Shown here: positions 1 through 12,593 of the stretch, one piece after another
How positions within the stretch are numbered: position 1 is the first letter of the stretch
Layout: the number at the start of each line of letters is the position of its first letter
Source: Octopus sinensis
Lineage: Eukaryota
NCBI RefSeq assembly: GCF_006345805.1
Contig: NC_043005.1
Location: 6,820,001 to 6,884,000 of the forward strand
Reading direction: 5' to 3'
DNA: 64,000 bases
Position numbers and translations under genes: made by a program
Notes under the pieces: generated by a model
The model's input: the letters and a program-made list of their open reading frames with translations, nothing else
Told to the model about the DNA's origin: nothing
Database searches by the model: none

Positions 1-45
1 AGACTAAGCAAGATGCAGTTCAAGTTTATGCAATGACAGAGTAGT

Positions 46-430
46 GGGAAGCACTCCGTCGGTTACGAAGATGAGGGTTCCGGTTGATCCGAATCAACGA
101 AACAGCCTGCTCGTGAAATTAACGTGTAAGTGGCTGAGCACTCCACAGACACGTGTACCCTTAACGTAGTTCTCGGGGATATTCAGCGTGACACAGAGAG
201 TGACAAGGCAGGCCCTTTGAAATACAGGTACAACAGAAACAGGAAGAAAGAGTGAGAGAAAGTTGTGGTGAAAGAGTACAGCAGGGATCACCATCATCCC
301 CTGTCGGAGCCTCGTGGAGCTTTTAGGTGTTTTCGCTCAATAAACACTCACAACGCCCGGTCTGGGAATCGAAACCGCGATCCTACGACCGCGTGTCCGC
401 TGCCCTAACCACTGGGCCATTGCGCCTCCA
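46..430 (-). mobile_element. Full-length tRNA-derived SINE, family A (tRNA-Arg-like head; possibly the octopus OR-type SINE)
   Basis: Minus strand starts GGAGGCGCAATGGCCCAGTGGTTAGGG (A box) and has GGTTTCGATTCCC (B box). Flanked by the direct repeat GACAGAGTAGT at 35-45 and 432-442 (TSD). A near-identical inverted copy lies at 40653-41035. Confidence 0.92.
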
Positions 431-465
431 CGACAGAGTAGTACTAATTTCATCTACCCAATGAG

Positions 466-930
466 TCATCAGTAGAAGTACTTAGCTAAACGTAAGTCAC
501 TCTGTCTAGCTTTTATCAACCTGGGAGAAGGTCTTTGATAGGGTTGCATGCTCTGTAATCTGGCAGATGCCAAAAAACTAACAAAAAAACTAGAGGTAAA
601 TGAAAGTCTTTGAATCTTGTACAAACCATTATACAGAGATGCTATCATCAAGGTAAAAGCTCATAAGTTCAGTGAGAAATTTCCATTTATTACAGTTCAA
701 ACTTGGTTATCCATTGGATCTCCTGTATGTTAATGACCGAGTTCTCATGGCTAAATTTTGAGAGGTTGTTGAGTGTGGAAACAGAGAGTGTGCCTTTCTC
801 AATTAGACACCCAAAAGGACTTGCTATTGAAGTTGACAACTATGTTGTAAAAAGCATGGTTAATAATATGAAAGCAAAGAAAGGCATGTGGACTATAAAG
901 GATAGTTACTGAGATGCCTAAAATAGGTTA
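466..930 (+). pseudogene. Decayed RTE-clade LINE reverse transcriptase fragment
   Basis: Frameshifted translation resembles QEKYLAK.K.L.LAFI.LEKAFDRV..SVIW, then FK.G.P..LLY..D. Same family as 37975-38760. Confidence 0.7.
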
Positions 931-1353
931 CATGCTAGTCACTCATATAGTCAATAAAGTCGCACAGGTAAGTGTTGTACTCAATGACTCAATCATAGGC
1001 AGCCTGCAACCTGCAGGACTCTCACAATGGTACATCTAAAGATTTAGAAATAAAATTTCAAACTTGGGAGCAAAATCTAGAGTCTAGGAGCTTCAGAGTG
1101 ACCTTAACAAGGACCAATGAAAACAGAACACTGCTACCATCAGGTAAATGGCTATGCTCAATATGCAACCACATAGCATGGGGTATGTGAGGTATGCGGA
1201 CCACCCCTCACATATTCAATGGGGAGCCACTTTTTGTGTGTATTTGCTGTGGTTGAAGATATGTTTACATACCAGGGGCCAGTTTGGCTACTGTACAGGG
1301 CAGCCAAAACTCATGCTACACCAACAAGTTGATATGCAGAGAAAGAGTTTTAA

Positions 1354-1945
1354 TCTATAACATAAATTGGACATGGGCGATCATTGTATTCTTTCTTGTC
1401 TTGAGGTTCACAGCCAAACGGCTGGGTGGATTCGCGTGAAAAATGGCAGACATGTGGAGATGGGTGCATAGATTGGAATGCAGTTTGTATTTTTTCCTAG
1501 CCTCCATACTTACCGAGAAAATCGATTAAAACTTTTTCTAATGGAATTCCCCTCTTTCTTCTGCCATTAAAACAACTAGTTGCTTAGAAGCTGTTTTCTG
1601 ACGGGGTAGGGTCAGGAAATTTTCATATAGTTGGAGGCTCCAATCGAAACAAGGGACCCGAAATGATAAGGTTGAGAAATACTGTTATAGATTATTCCTA
1701 ACCGAAAACGATCACAGCCACATCATCCAAACAGACCGAGTGAAACCGGGCTTACTCTCTTTTACTTGTTTCAGTCATTTGACTGTGGCCATGCTGAAGC
1801 ACCGTCTTTTAGTCGAGCAAATCGACCCCGGGACTTATTCTTTGTATTCTATCAGTCTCTTTTGCCAAACCGCTAAGTGACGGGGACGTAAACACACCAG
1901 CATCGGTTGTCAAGCAATGCTAGGGCGACAAACACAGACACACAA

Positions 1946-1978
<33 letters not shown>

Positions 1979-2160
1979 CATATATATGACAGGCTTCTTT
2001 CAGTTTCCATCTACCAAATCCACTCACAAGGCATTGGTCGGCCCAAGGCTATAGCATAAGACACTTGCCCAAGATGCCACACAGTGGGACTGAACCCAGA
2101 ACCATGTGGTTGGTTAGCAAGCTACTTACCACACAACCACTCCTGTGCCTTAGCTGCTAG
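1354..2160 (+). mobile_element. Non-autonomous Helitron interrupted near its 3' end by a SINE
   Basis: 5' end A|TCTATAAC... Subterminal CCGAGTGAAACCGGGC at 1736-1751. Removing the SINE (1753-2150) restores ...CCGGGC TTAGCTG CTAG|T, the same 7-nt spacing as the Helitron at 17722-18118. Confidence 0.7.
1753..2150 (-). mobile_element. tRNA-derived SINE family B, full length
   Basis: Head TGGTTGTGTGGTAAGTAGCTTGC...GGGTTCAGTCCC, then CATCTTGGGCAAGTGTCTT, an internal (CA/TA)n and a GAAACAAGTAAAAGAG tail. More than 12 copies in the window. Confidence 0.92.
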
Positions 2161-2484
2161 TAATCTCATAAAGTGTACTCAGTATAAACTATGGGTATAC
2201 CTTCTCTACCAGCCTGCCAGTAGCCATTGAAAGCATAGCAAAGCATTTGTTAAAACGGTGATGGTCACCCTATGCTGAAGCCGGTGTGAGATGGAATGGT
2301 ATCGGATCTATCTGTATTGATTGCCTCTTCACTTTACCCTTCTCTGCTGCTAGTCATCACTTTTTTACCCCATTGTCACTCTCCATTGACATCCACCATT
2401 CTCTCTTACTATCATCCCGCTTTGTTGTTCTTTATCACTTACTCCCTCCTATCATCATCCATCTTTATTACTATCCTTCAGCAA

Positions 2485-2485
2485 T

Positions 2486-2518
<33 letters not shown>

Positions 2519-2521
2519 TTC

Positions 2522-2565
<44 letters not shown>
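2485..2565. repeat. (CT)n microsatellite within a pyrimidine-rich tract (~2300-2790)
   Basis: Seen directly. Confidence 0.95.
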
Positions 2566-2566
<1 letters not shown>

Positions 2567-3019
2567 TATTCACATTGCTCCCTCTTCTATCATTTTTTGT
2601 CCGACATGTTCACTTTACCTCACTTCTATTACTCCCTTCTCCCTTCATCTCCTCCCCTTTCTCTCACTCTTTCATGTCAAACATCCATGCTGCCTTCCTA
2701 TGCAATCTCCTTATTCCCTTTTCCCCCCTTATCACACTGCCATGCTGTTTTGTTATTCAATCCCTTTACTAACAACGAATGTGTAACTGTCTATCACTAT
2801 GGATGGAGAGATGGATACAAAGATGGACAGAAGGATGGATGGACAGATGGATAGACAGAGGGACAGATGGATGGCTATTTTCAGGGCCTCCGAAACTGGT
2901 GGGAGGAAAGAAGGATATTTTACTCAGATCAGACACCTGGCCTGAATGCTTGTAACAAAATGGAGTCTACTAAGGCAGCTAAGGGGCCAAGTTGTTCACT
3001 GTTTATGATGTAAGATATC

Positions 3020-3043
3020 GTTATGTATATATGTGTGTATATA

Positions 3044-3136
<93 letters not shown>

Positions 3137-3141
3137 GTATG

Positions 3142-3200
<59 letters not shown>
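3020..3200. repeat. (TA)n microsatellite
   Basis: Seen directly. Confidence 0.97.
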
Positions 3201-3201
<1 letters not shown>

Positions 3202-3343
3202 CAATACTTTATTCCAACAAAAAAATATTAATTATTCAATGAGTATAATAAAGTCGGGTAACCAGACAAAAAAAGCAAAGGCTTGAAAAAGGGAGATGGA
3301 TGGCTAGAAGGAGGGAAGGAGAAGGCAAGAGAATGTGTGTGTT

Positions 3344-3389
<46 letters not shown>

Positions 3390-4479
3390 AGAGAGAGAGA
3401 GATTGAAAAAACTTAGAGTTTTGAACCTAGATATGAAAAATTAATGAAGAGAATAGTATGGAAAGAGATTACTAGGTTCATCTCTCTAACTACTGTCAGT
3501 AAGAAAAAAACAAACAAAAACAGACATAAAAGTTTTGTTTTGATGACAATGATGAGGAGGAGGAGTCCAAGTGTTTGTTAATTAATCGTGACTAAATACT
3601 TCAAGTTTTGCAAAAAAAAAAAAAAGAACAAAACAACAAGCAACTGAAATTATTGATTTGTAAATATCCATTTTAATTTCAGTAGACACTACACATCTAA
3701 TGAAAAAAACAAAAAAAAATAAAAACAAGGAAAAATGAAAAAAGGAAAAAAGTTGGTTTCTTTATTTTTTATTTATGAAAAACTTTCATGGACATAAAAT
3801 TATATGTTTTCATGAGAATGCTTTGAAAGAAAAATATTTCTACTCATACTTAATGGTAAAAAGTAAACGAAAGATAAATAAGGCAGGTTTTATTTTACTA
3901 ATGATTATTCCTAATTAACTTTTTCTGGATCATCTCTCTGCTGGGAGGAGACAGAGGGAAGTTTAAGAAAAAAAAATAGCAGGAAAGATAAAAAAAAGAA
4001 CTGAGAAAATTACAAAAGAAAATAATTAAATTTTAATTTCAATTTTATATTGCTAAGATACATTGTTTCAGCTGATCAGGGAGTTTATTTCCCTAAAACA
4101 AGGACAAGTTTTGTTTTGGAGTTTATCAAGTTTGTCATAAAATAGAAAAGATAAAATAACTTTATCAAAGTACTAAACAAAAAGGAAAAAAAAAAGCTAT
4201 CAACAAAAATTTGACAGTAACTTGGACATCGAAGGAAGTTGAAATACGTAGATACAAAATAGATTGTATACAAAATAAATATTTTGTAATACAAAATAGA
4301 TACAAAATAGATTTTTTTTCTTTGTTTTGGTTACGAGAAGATAAAAAAAATCTATTCTTAGGATTCAAAGAAAGATGTTGAATTGTGTTAAAAAGAATTG
4401 CTCATTATGAGTAAAGGATATTGGCTATAGGTATAAGAAGGTGTGAAAAGAAAACGAATGTAATGCCAAACAGACAGGC

Positions 4480-4571
4480 TTACCTATATATGTACATGAA
4501 TACACACACACACACACATGCATACACACAATTGTGCATATGCTCACACACATACATGCATACACACACAC

Positions 4572-4602
<31 letters not shown>

Positions 4603-4834
4603 CATATATATATGTGTGTGTGTGTGTGTGTGTATATATGCATGCGTGTATGTATATATGTGTATATATATACATACATACATATATACACATATATATA
4701 CATACATGCATACATACATATACATACATATATGAACATATGCACATACATACACTGATACATGCATACATACATACATACGCACACACATACATACATA
4801 CATGGATACATACATACATACATACATGCATGCA

Positions 4835-4867
<33 letters not shown>

Positions 4868-5304
4868 GCATGCATACATACATACATACATACACACACA
4901 CATACATACATACATACATACATACATACACACATACATACATACACATACATACATACATACATACATACATACATGCATACATACACACATACATACA
5001 TACATACATACATACATACATACATACATACACACACACATACATACATACATACATACATACATACACACATACATACATACATACATACATACATACA
5101 CACATACATACATACATACATACATACATACATACATACATACACACACACATACATACATACACACATACACACATACATACACACATACATACATACA
5201 TACATACATACATACATACATACACACATACATACATACATACATACATACATACATACACACATACATACATACATACATACATTCATACATACATACA
5301 TACA

Positions 5305-5336
<32 letters not shown>

Positions 5337-5340
5337 CATA
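4480..5340. repeat. Long compound (CA)n/(TA)n/(TACA)n microsatellite (~860 bp)
   Basis: Seen directly. It accounts for the 180-290 aa HTYI/MYVC ORFs in the track. Confidence 0.98.
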
Positions 5341-5858
5341 TGTCTGATTCATATCTCAGTTTATTTGAAACTGTGGCCATTTAAATACCATTTCGTGAAG
5401 TAGTAAAAAGCAATTACTGCTGTCTTGTGGAAACAGGCTGATGATGCTATTCACAGATTTGCCTTAACAGAAACCGAACATGTCCCAGTGCTTAATGGCT
5501 ATTTTCTTTTCTTTTTTCTGTTTTTTTTTTTTACCTGGTTTTGTTTTATGTGATTGTTCTTACTTGTTTAACTCAGTCCCATATTTATCATATAAATTAA
5601 TGTTGCAGCTCTAAGTATCCTGAATTTATTGTCAACTATTTACAATTGAAACTGTTCAAAAGCCAATGCAGTGCAAGATGAAATACTGGAACAAAAACAG
5701 AAATAAAGTTGAGCAACAGTTTTTTACACTTTACCTTATTTTTTAAATATTTTGGGATTAACCATTTACTAAGCATTCAGTGATATTATCTCTCAGATTA
5801 AATCAAATGGAATGTGCTGTGTTCAACACACACACACACACACACACAAACTTATAAG

Positions 5859-6580
5859 ATGTGTGGTAAGGAGTTTGCTTACCAACCACATGGTTCCGGT
5901 TTCAGTCCCACTGTGTGGCACCTTGAGCAAGTGTCTTCTACTATAGCCTCGGGCCAACCAAAACCATTTGAGTGGAGTTTGGTAGGTGGAAATTGAAAGA
6001 AGCCCATCACACACAAACACACGTATGTATATATGTGTGTGTGTGATGGGCTTCTTATACATACATGTGTGTTTGTGTCTGTGTTTGTTCCTCACAACAG
6101 CTTGACAACTGGTGTTGATGTAGTTATGTCCTGTAACTTAGCAGTTCAGCCAGAGAGAATGATAGAATAGGTACCAGGCTTACAAAAAAGTATTGGGCCG
6201 ATTACGTTCTGAGTTCAAATTCCGCCGAGGTCGACTTTGCCTTTCATCCTTTTGGGGTCGATAAATAAAGTACCAGTTTCACACTGGGGTCGATTTAATC
6301 GACTTAATACCTATGTCTGTCCTCTCTGTGTTTATCCCCTTGTGGGCAATAAAGAAATATATATATATGTTTGTGTGTCTGTGTTTGTCCCCCCAACATC
6401 GCTTGACAACTGATATCGGTGTGTTTACATCCCCGTAACTTAGCAGTTTGGCAAAAAGAGACCGATAGAATAAGTACAAGGCTTATAAAGAATAAGTCCT
6501 GGGATCGATTTGCTCATCTAAACGCAGTGCTCCAGCATGGCCGTAGTCAAATGACTAGAACAGGTAAAAGAATAAAAGAG
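5859..6580 (+). mobile_element. SINE cluster: family B (5859-6200), family C fragment (6202-6358), second family B 3' half (6359-6580)
   Basis: Matches to the other B and C copies in the window. Confidence 0.85.
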
Positions 6581-6596
6581 TCACATCAACCATCAT

Positions 6597-7230
6597 GCTA
6601 GTTGGCAAGAGACACTTCTCATCTTAGATGGAGGAGTCTGTTCAAAAATTGCATTGCAGTATCCTCTCAATGCCAGTACAACCAGCAGTAAACCCGCAGC
6701 TTGTTTTGGGAGGCAGAAGCACCACAAAAGATGCAGGCTATAAGAACCTGAAGCCAGTCCAGGAAAAAAACAGTTTTTAATGATTGGGAATTGGAATGTC
6801 ACAAACCTTATAAGTAAGGAGCAGGAATTAGTCGGGCAGACCAAATACTTCCAGCTATATATAGTGGGTGTCTCCTCTACAAGGTTCTGTGGCTCTGGTA
6901 CCATATATTTGGATGGAGGGTCAACACTGCACTATTCAGGTATGATGCCAACTATGTTCATACAGAGTGGAGTGAGATATTCACAAACGCCTGGCTGTCA
7001 GGTATGGTTACAGGAAGGAATTGCAAGATGCATTTTCCAAGCCAGATCAACTGGCAGGAGACTAAGAAGCAGACTACGAGCAAGATGGTTAGATAATAAC
7101 CATAGGCTTTGGAAGTCAACAGGAAATTTTAAGACAGTCGCTTCCAATAGAGGCAGTACCTGAGGACTCTACGCATGCAATCCTCCCAGGAATAGTGAGT
7201 GGAAAAGATGGATGGATGGATGAATGGATG
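6597..7230 (+). mobile_element. Internally deleted RTE-clade LINE (Expander/Rex3-like): APE endonuclease N-terminus joined to the ORF C-terminus and a (GGAT)n tail
   Basis: ORF 6780-7163 begins IGNWNVTNLISKEQELV...QLYIVGVSST...GSG...LHYSG (APE motifs). From ~6995 it reads QEGIAR..FQARSTGRRLRSRLRARWLD (RGRPR.RW.D-like). Tail GATGGATGGATG at ~7207-7230. Confidence 0.75.
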
Positions 7231-7669
7231 GGGGAACACACACATTTGTCACAATAAAATGACACCACTTCCATATTTTTCTTGCTTGTGAGGGTATACA
7301 GCAGATGGAGCATAGACAATAGCAGTTACAGTTTTCCAGTTGCTTACATGGTTGTTTTTTCTGTCATTGCTGCTCTTTAAGAAGTTGTCATTAAAATATC
7401 TACAATTGAAGAAAATGGTCATCATCAAATCTGATGGAAAACTATAAACAAGGAATGTGTATGGGGATGTATGTGCATCCATGTGTGCTTGCATATGCAT
7501 GTAGGTTTGTTTGTGTACTGATAGAGAAATGATGAGAAGAAGGAAAAATTATTTATAATGGTTAAATATTTATCTAAAATAATAGTGAATACATTTTAAA
7601 ATAGACATCTGTGAAACTTTTAGAGATTAAGAAAAGTTTTTGTTTTAATAAAAACAAAATATATTATAC

Positions 7670-7900
<231 letters not shown>

Positions 7901-9002
7901 TTATCACTGTAACACACTCAGCAAAAACTCATACATACCTCATATGCACATGTATACAGATACATAAAACTTTAAATGCTTGATATGTTTTTCCATCAAA
8001 TACCTATGTTCTAATATGGTCCTAAAATAAATGAAACCCTCACATACACATAGATAAATGAAGACCTCACATACAGAGATAAGTGGCATATCTATGCCTA
8101 AATGGATGCTTTAAATAAACAGATAAATGTCTCTTTACTACCAAATGCACAAATCTGATCTGATGTTCCAAATGTTGTTTGATAAAACAAAACAATTGTT
8201 TCCAAACGTTTATGTGTAATTGAATATGTATTTATGTAAACAGACCATGAGCAAAATAGAAATAAGGGAACTATAAATTTACAAGAGAGAAAAATAATGT
8301 ATTTTTGAGAAAAATAAAAAAAAAAGATAAAAAAGAAACAAACCATCAAGAAAACTGAATGGCTTAATGTTAGAAAATTATAAAAGCAATCAGTAGATAA
8401 TAGATGCAAGAGAGAAAACTCAAACTACTAAGAACAAGTTAATCAGAACTATAGATATTATCACTAGCAGTGTCACTACCACCTTGTTGCCACCACCACC
8501 ATCACCATCACCATCACTACCACTACCACCACCACAAGCATGAATCACATTTTGTATCAATTTATCTGTACTGATTGGACAGTTTTAACTATAATATCTC
8601 GTTTGTCTCATGCTTATTTTCTGGGTTAACTTCAAATCCTTGATATGAGCTACAGACATCTTTAGTCTAAATCTTCAAGTTAAGGAAAACCTCAGATACA
8701 ATTTCTTTCTATCTGATGTACCAGTTTCTACTATTAGGAGCTGCATAATCAAAGCTCTTGATCGTTAAACATAAAACAGAGTTTGAAGAAATCATGGAAG
8801 GTTTTACAGGTTTTGATAAGTTTGTGTACCAAAGAGGGATGAGAATATTGACATTTTGAGCCACACATTTCATCAGAAAGAAACATGTGTTCAGTGGTTA
8901 TCATAGCACTGAACATGTAGGCTCAAAACATCTGTAGTGTTTCTTATCTCCTCACAGCATATACAAACAACCAAATTTGCAAACTTGCCTTGTAATTAAT
9001 TA

Positions 9003-9391
9003 CTAGCAGTATCGCCCGGCGTTGCTCGGGTTTGTAAGGGAAATAACTATAAGGCATTTTTAGAGAGTTATAGCCAAAAAATAGCAAAAAGATGCATTAA
9101 AAATGAAAAAAATATGATGGTAATTTTTTTTTAAATCGTTGACTCATCGTAGACATTTTTAGAGAGTTACTTCCCTTTAAAAAAATATGCATTAAAATGG
9201 AAAAAAATGATGATAAATTATTTTTAAAATTGTAGACTCATCGTAGACGCGCGCTAATACCCAGAAGGGCTCGATATGAATCACGACTATAAGATATCCG
9301 GTTTTGGTTAAACTGCACCGCAAAATGTGGGAGTAGTTAGGAATCTAAATCGGAGTAGACAGACACACAACCTTACTTTTATATATAAAGA
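9003..9391 (-). mobile_element. Non-autonomous Helitron (copy 1)
   Basis: On the minus strand: A|TCTTTATATATAAAAG ... CCCGAGCAACGCCGGGCGATACTG CTAG|T. Canonical 5' TC, 3' hairpin plus CTAG, A/T target. Homologous to 17722-18118. Confidence 0.88.
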
Positions 9392-10076
9392 TTAGTATCT
9401 TTAAGAGATTTTCTTTCAAAAAGCTGTTACTGCTGCAAGACTTTAGCTGGTATTGTTTCAGTGCATCTGTACCCAGTTTGTGAAGATAACCACTTGTAGG
9501 ATAATCTTTCTTATTATTAACATTTATTCAGTTTGTGAAAATAATCACTAGTACAATAACGATTCTCATTATATTTGCTGTAATTAATTTTAGCCATTAA
9601 CTCAGGCTTTATTAAAAGAAGACTGAGGTGCTCAGAAGCTCCATCGAGATCCAAGCGTTCTTATTGATTTTCAGGAAGGAAAAGAGTGACCGAAATTGTA
9701 AAGCAACAGATTAAAATATTGCTAAATACTGCAAGATTAAACATCTTGCAGTATTTAGTTGTGCATCTTTAGAGTCAAGTTCAGATCCTTCAGATTTAAT
9801 AAAATGTCATATATTGTGGTAATTTTAATTGACTGTACTACTGTCTTCCAAAATGTATGACTTCAGGTTTAAGAAAATCTTCATCGCTGATTAACATTAC
9901 TTCTCCAGTAACTCTTGCAGTGAGCCATGACTAATTTTTGTTAAGAAGATATGCAAATATTGTTGAATTAGCAGAATGTGGTCCATTTTGTTATAGGCAA
10001 AGACAACAAAGTGAGTGACTGTGTATATTTTCTAGAGTTACAATAAGCGTCTATCTATCTCTCAACACACATATCT

Positions 10077-10099
10077 GTGTGTGTATGTATGTATGTATG

Positions 10100-10133
<34 letters not shown>

Positions 10134-10170
10134 TGTATTTATATATCTATACACACACATATAAATATAC

Positions 10171-10211
<41 letters not shown>

Positions 10212-10496
10212 TATATAAATACATACATATTATATATATACATATGTATATATATATATATACACACACATATAAATATACATATATATACATATTTATA
10301 TATATACATATATATACATACATATTTATATATATACATATGTATATATATTATATATATATATACATATATATATAAATACATACATATTTATATATAT
10401 ACATATGTATATATATATATATACACACACATATAAATATACATATATATACATATTTATATATATATATATATACATACATATTTATATATATAC

Positions 10497-10529
<33 letters not shown>

Positions 10530-10637
10530 CGTACACATATATATATATATACATACACATATATATACATACACACATACACACACACAAACACACACAC
10601 ATACATACATACATACATACATAAGTATATGCATATG

Positions 10638-10668
<31 letters not shown>

Positions 10669-10680
10669 CTGAGTGTGTGT
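10077..10680. repeat. Compound (TATG)n/(TA)n/(CA)n microsatellite with internal block duplications
   Basis: Seen directly. Confidence 0.96.
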
Positions 10681-11019
10681 ATTTATATGACAATATAGAA
10701 ATTCCACCAACTTCATTTAAATTGACAGCAAAGAATATTGCTAAAGGGTTGACATATATAGAAGGCCCTGCAGAAATGTTTATGATGAGCATCATTTCTA
10801 CACTACGCTGTACAAAGAGATGATGTTCCGTCAACTTCAAACAGCTTTGGATGAGTTCTCCACCCACCCAAACAGATATTGATGAAAATAAACTATAAGA
10901 TAGAGAATGGCCCTCATCCTCCCTCTAACTCTCAGTCCACCACCTCCCCTCATTCAGTAGTTAATGTCTTTTGGGCTTTCACACAGAATTATCTATTTAC
11001 TGAATTTCATCTGCTGCTA

Positions 11020-11169
11020 CATTCTGAGTTCGAATTTTGCCAGGGTCAACTTTGCTTTTCATCCTTTTGGGGTCGATTAAACAAGTACAAGTTACTCATT
11101 GGGGGTCGATGAAATCGACTAGCCCCTCCCCCAAATTTCAGGCCTTGTGCCTATAGTAGAAAGGATTAT
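11020..11169 (+). mobile_element. SINE family C fragment
   Basis: GAGTTCGAATTTTGCCAGGGTCAACTTTGCTTTTCATCCTTTTGGGGTCGAT matches the other C copies. Confidence 0.8.
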
Positions 11170-11619
11170 CTATTTACTGAATTCCCTACCAACCCATCAC
11201 AAGGCATTACTCAACCCATGGGTGTTGCAAAAGACATTGACAGAAGATTCTGGTTGGTGGGGGTTGAACCCTAAGTCACATGATCGAAGAGTGAACTTCT
11301 TAACCACAGTCATTGCTCCTAATAGTTTCATTGTCATTTTATAAAACTTAAATAATTACAAAAGCATATTCTCTATTGCTGTTGCTTAGGTCCAGGTCAG
11401 ATTCGATCGAGCAAGCCTATGGTTCAAACTATTCCATTGCTTTCTTATGCACATTATCCAATGTGTTCTTCTAAGGCAGTAGTCTCCAACCTTTGCATCA
11501 CAGTCAAGTTTCATGTAAGACAATTTTTTATTCTATGGACCAAGAATGACGTGCATAACAAAACATAATGAAATGAATAATATATAATTTAATTATTACA
11601 CATATAATGCATGCATGTA

Positions 11620-11782
11620 CATGGGCCCAGGAACCGGCAGTGCAGGAGGTGTGCTTGCACCTCCTAAACTGTTTGTGGCATGCAAAATCAAAATTTGCGC
11701 CCCTACTTAGTTTTCTCAGATTTAGAAAACAGTGAGTAAAAAGTAGCTTGATTTAGGTTTTTTTCTCAAAGAATCAAGAACA

Positions 11783-11813
<31 letters not shown>

Positions 11814-11887
11814 ACCATGGCCTTATTTTAAAAAAATTTGGGGGCTGGGTTTGTACCCGCTAAGCAAATTTCATTCCCGAGCCAGTG
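11620..11887. mobile_element. hAT-type MITE nested in the Charlie-like MITE
   Basis: Imperfect TIRs CATGGGCCCAGGAA / TTCCCGAGCCAGTG. 8-bp TSD TGCATGTA (11612-11619) / TGCATGTG (11888-11895). Confidence 0.72.
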
Positions 11888-11921
11888 TGCATGTGTGTAT
11901 GTATGTATGTATGTATGTATG

Positions 11922-11952
<31 letters not shown>

Positions 11953-11962
11953 GTATGTATGT

Positions 11963-12026
11963 ATACTCTTTTACTCTTTTACTTGTTTCAGTCATGTGAC
12001 TGCAGCCATGCTGGAGCACCACCTTA
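11963..12026 (-). mobile_element. SINE family B 3' tail fragment
   Basis: TACTCTTTTACTTGTTTCAGTCATGTGACTGCAGCCATGCTGGAGCACC. Confidence 0.85.
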
Positions 12027-12138
12027 AAACTGCGATAACGTAATGAAAGAAATATGTAATCAATCTACTCACCTTTCTGCAAAGATTTCTTTTAGAGTAA
12101 TTTCCTACAGTAATATGACAGAGTAATTCATTTTTTCA

Positions 12139-12330
12139 CATTATTTACATTTGATGGATATTTGGCCTTGTCTTGTTTGTTGTTATGGGGAAATTTCAAA
12201 GGGGAAACTCCTAAGGTATTTTTCGATATTATTATCGATAGTATTATTCAGGTCACTGCTTGGAATCGAACTTGGAATCTTGAGGTTAGAAGCCCGCGCT
12301 CTTAACCACTACACCATATGTCCATGGGCA
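12139..12330 (-). mobile_element. tRNA-derived SINE family E
   Basis: Minus head ...TGGTGTAGTGGTTAAGAGCGCGGGC...AAGTTCGATTCC (A and B boxes). Homologous to 14276-14500. Confidence 0.8.
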
Positions 12331-12377
12331 AAAGAGACTTTCATATGCATCGGCCGGGAATGTATGTATGTATGTCA

Positions 12378-12593
12378 AAGGCAGCAAGCTGTCAGAATCA
12401 TTAGCACACCGGAAAAATGCTTGGCAGTATTTTGTCTGTCTTTATGATCTGGGTTCAAATGCCAACGAGGTCAACTTTGCTTCTTGTCCTCTTGTGGACA
12501 ATGAAATAAGTACCGGTCAAGTACAGGACTGATGTAATTAACTATCCTCTTCTCCCAAATTTCAGGTCCTGTGCCTATGGTAGAGAGGATATT
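12378..12593 (+). mobile_element. SINE family C (diverged)
   Basis: Head GGCAGCAAGCTGTCAGAATC, B box GGGTTCAAATGCC, body matching the C copies. Confidence 0.8.

Noticed and set aside
4425-5403. Multiple 180-290 aa ORFs (MYVC/HTYI repeats), also at 10077-10867 and 56211-57694
   Set aside because: They are translations of (TACA)n/(TA)n microsatellites that lack stop codons; there is no protein-like complexity.
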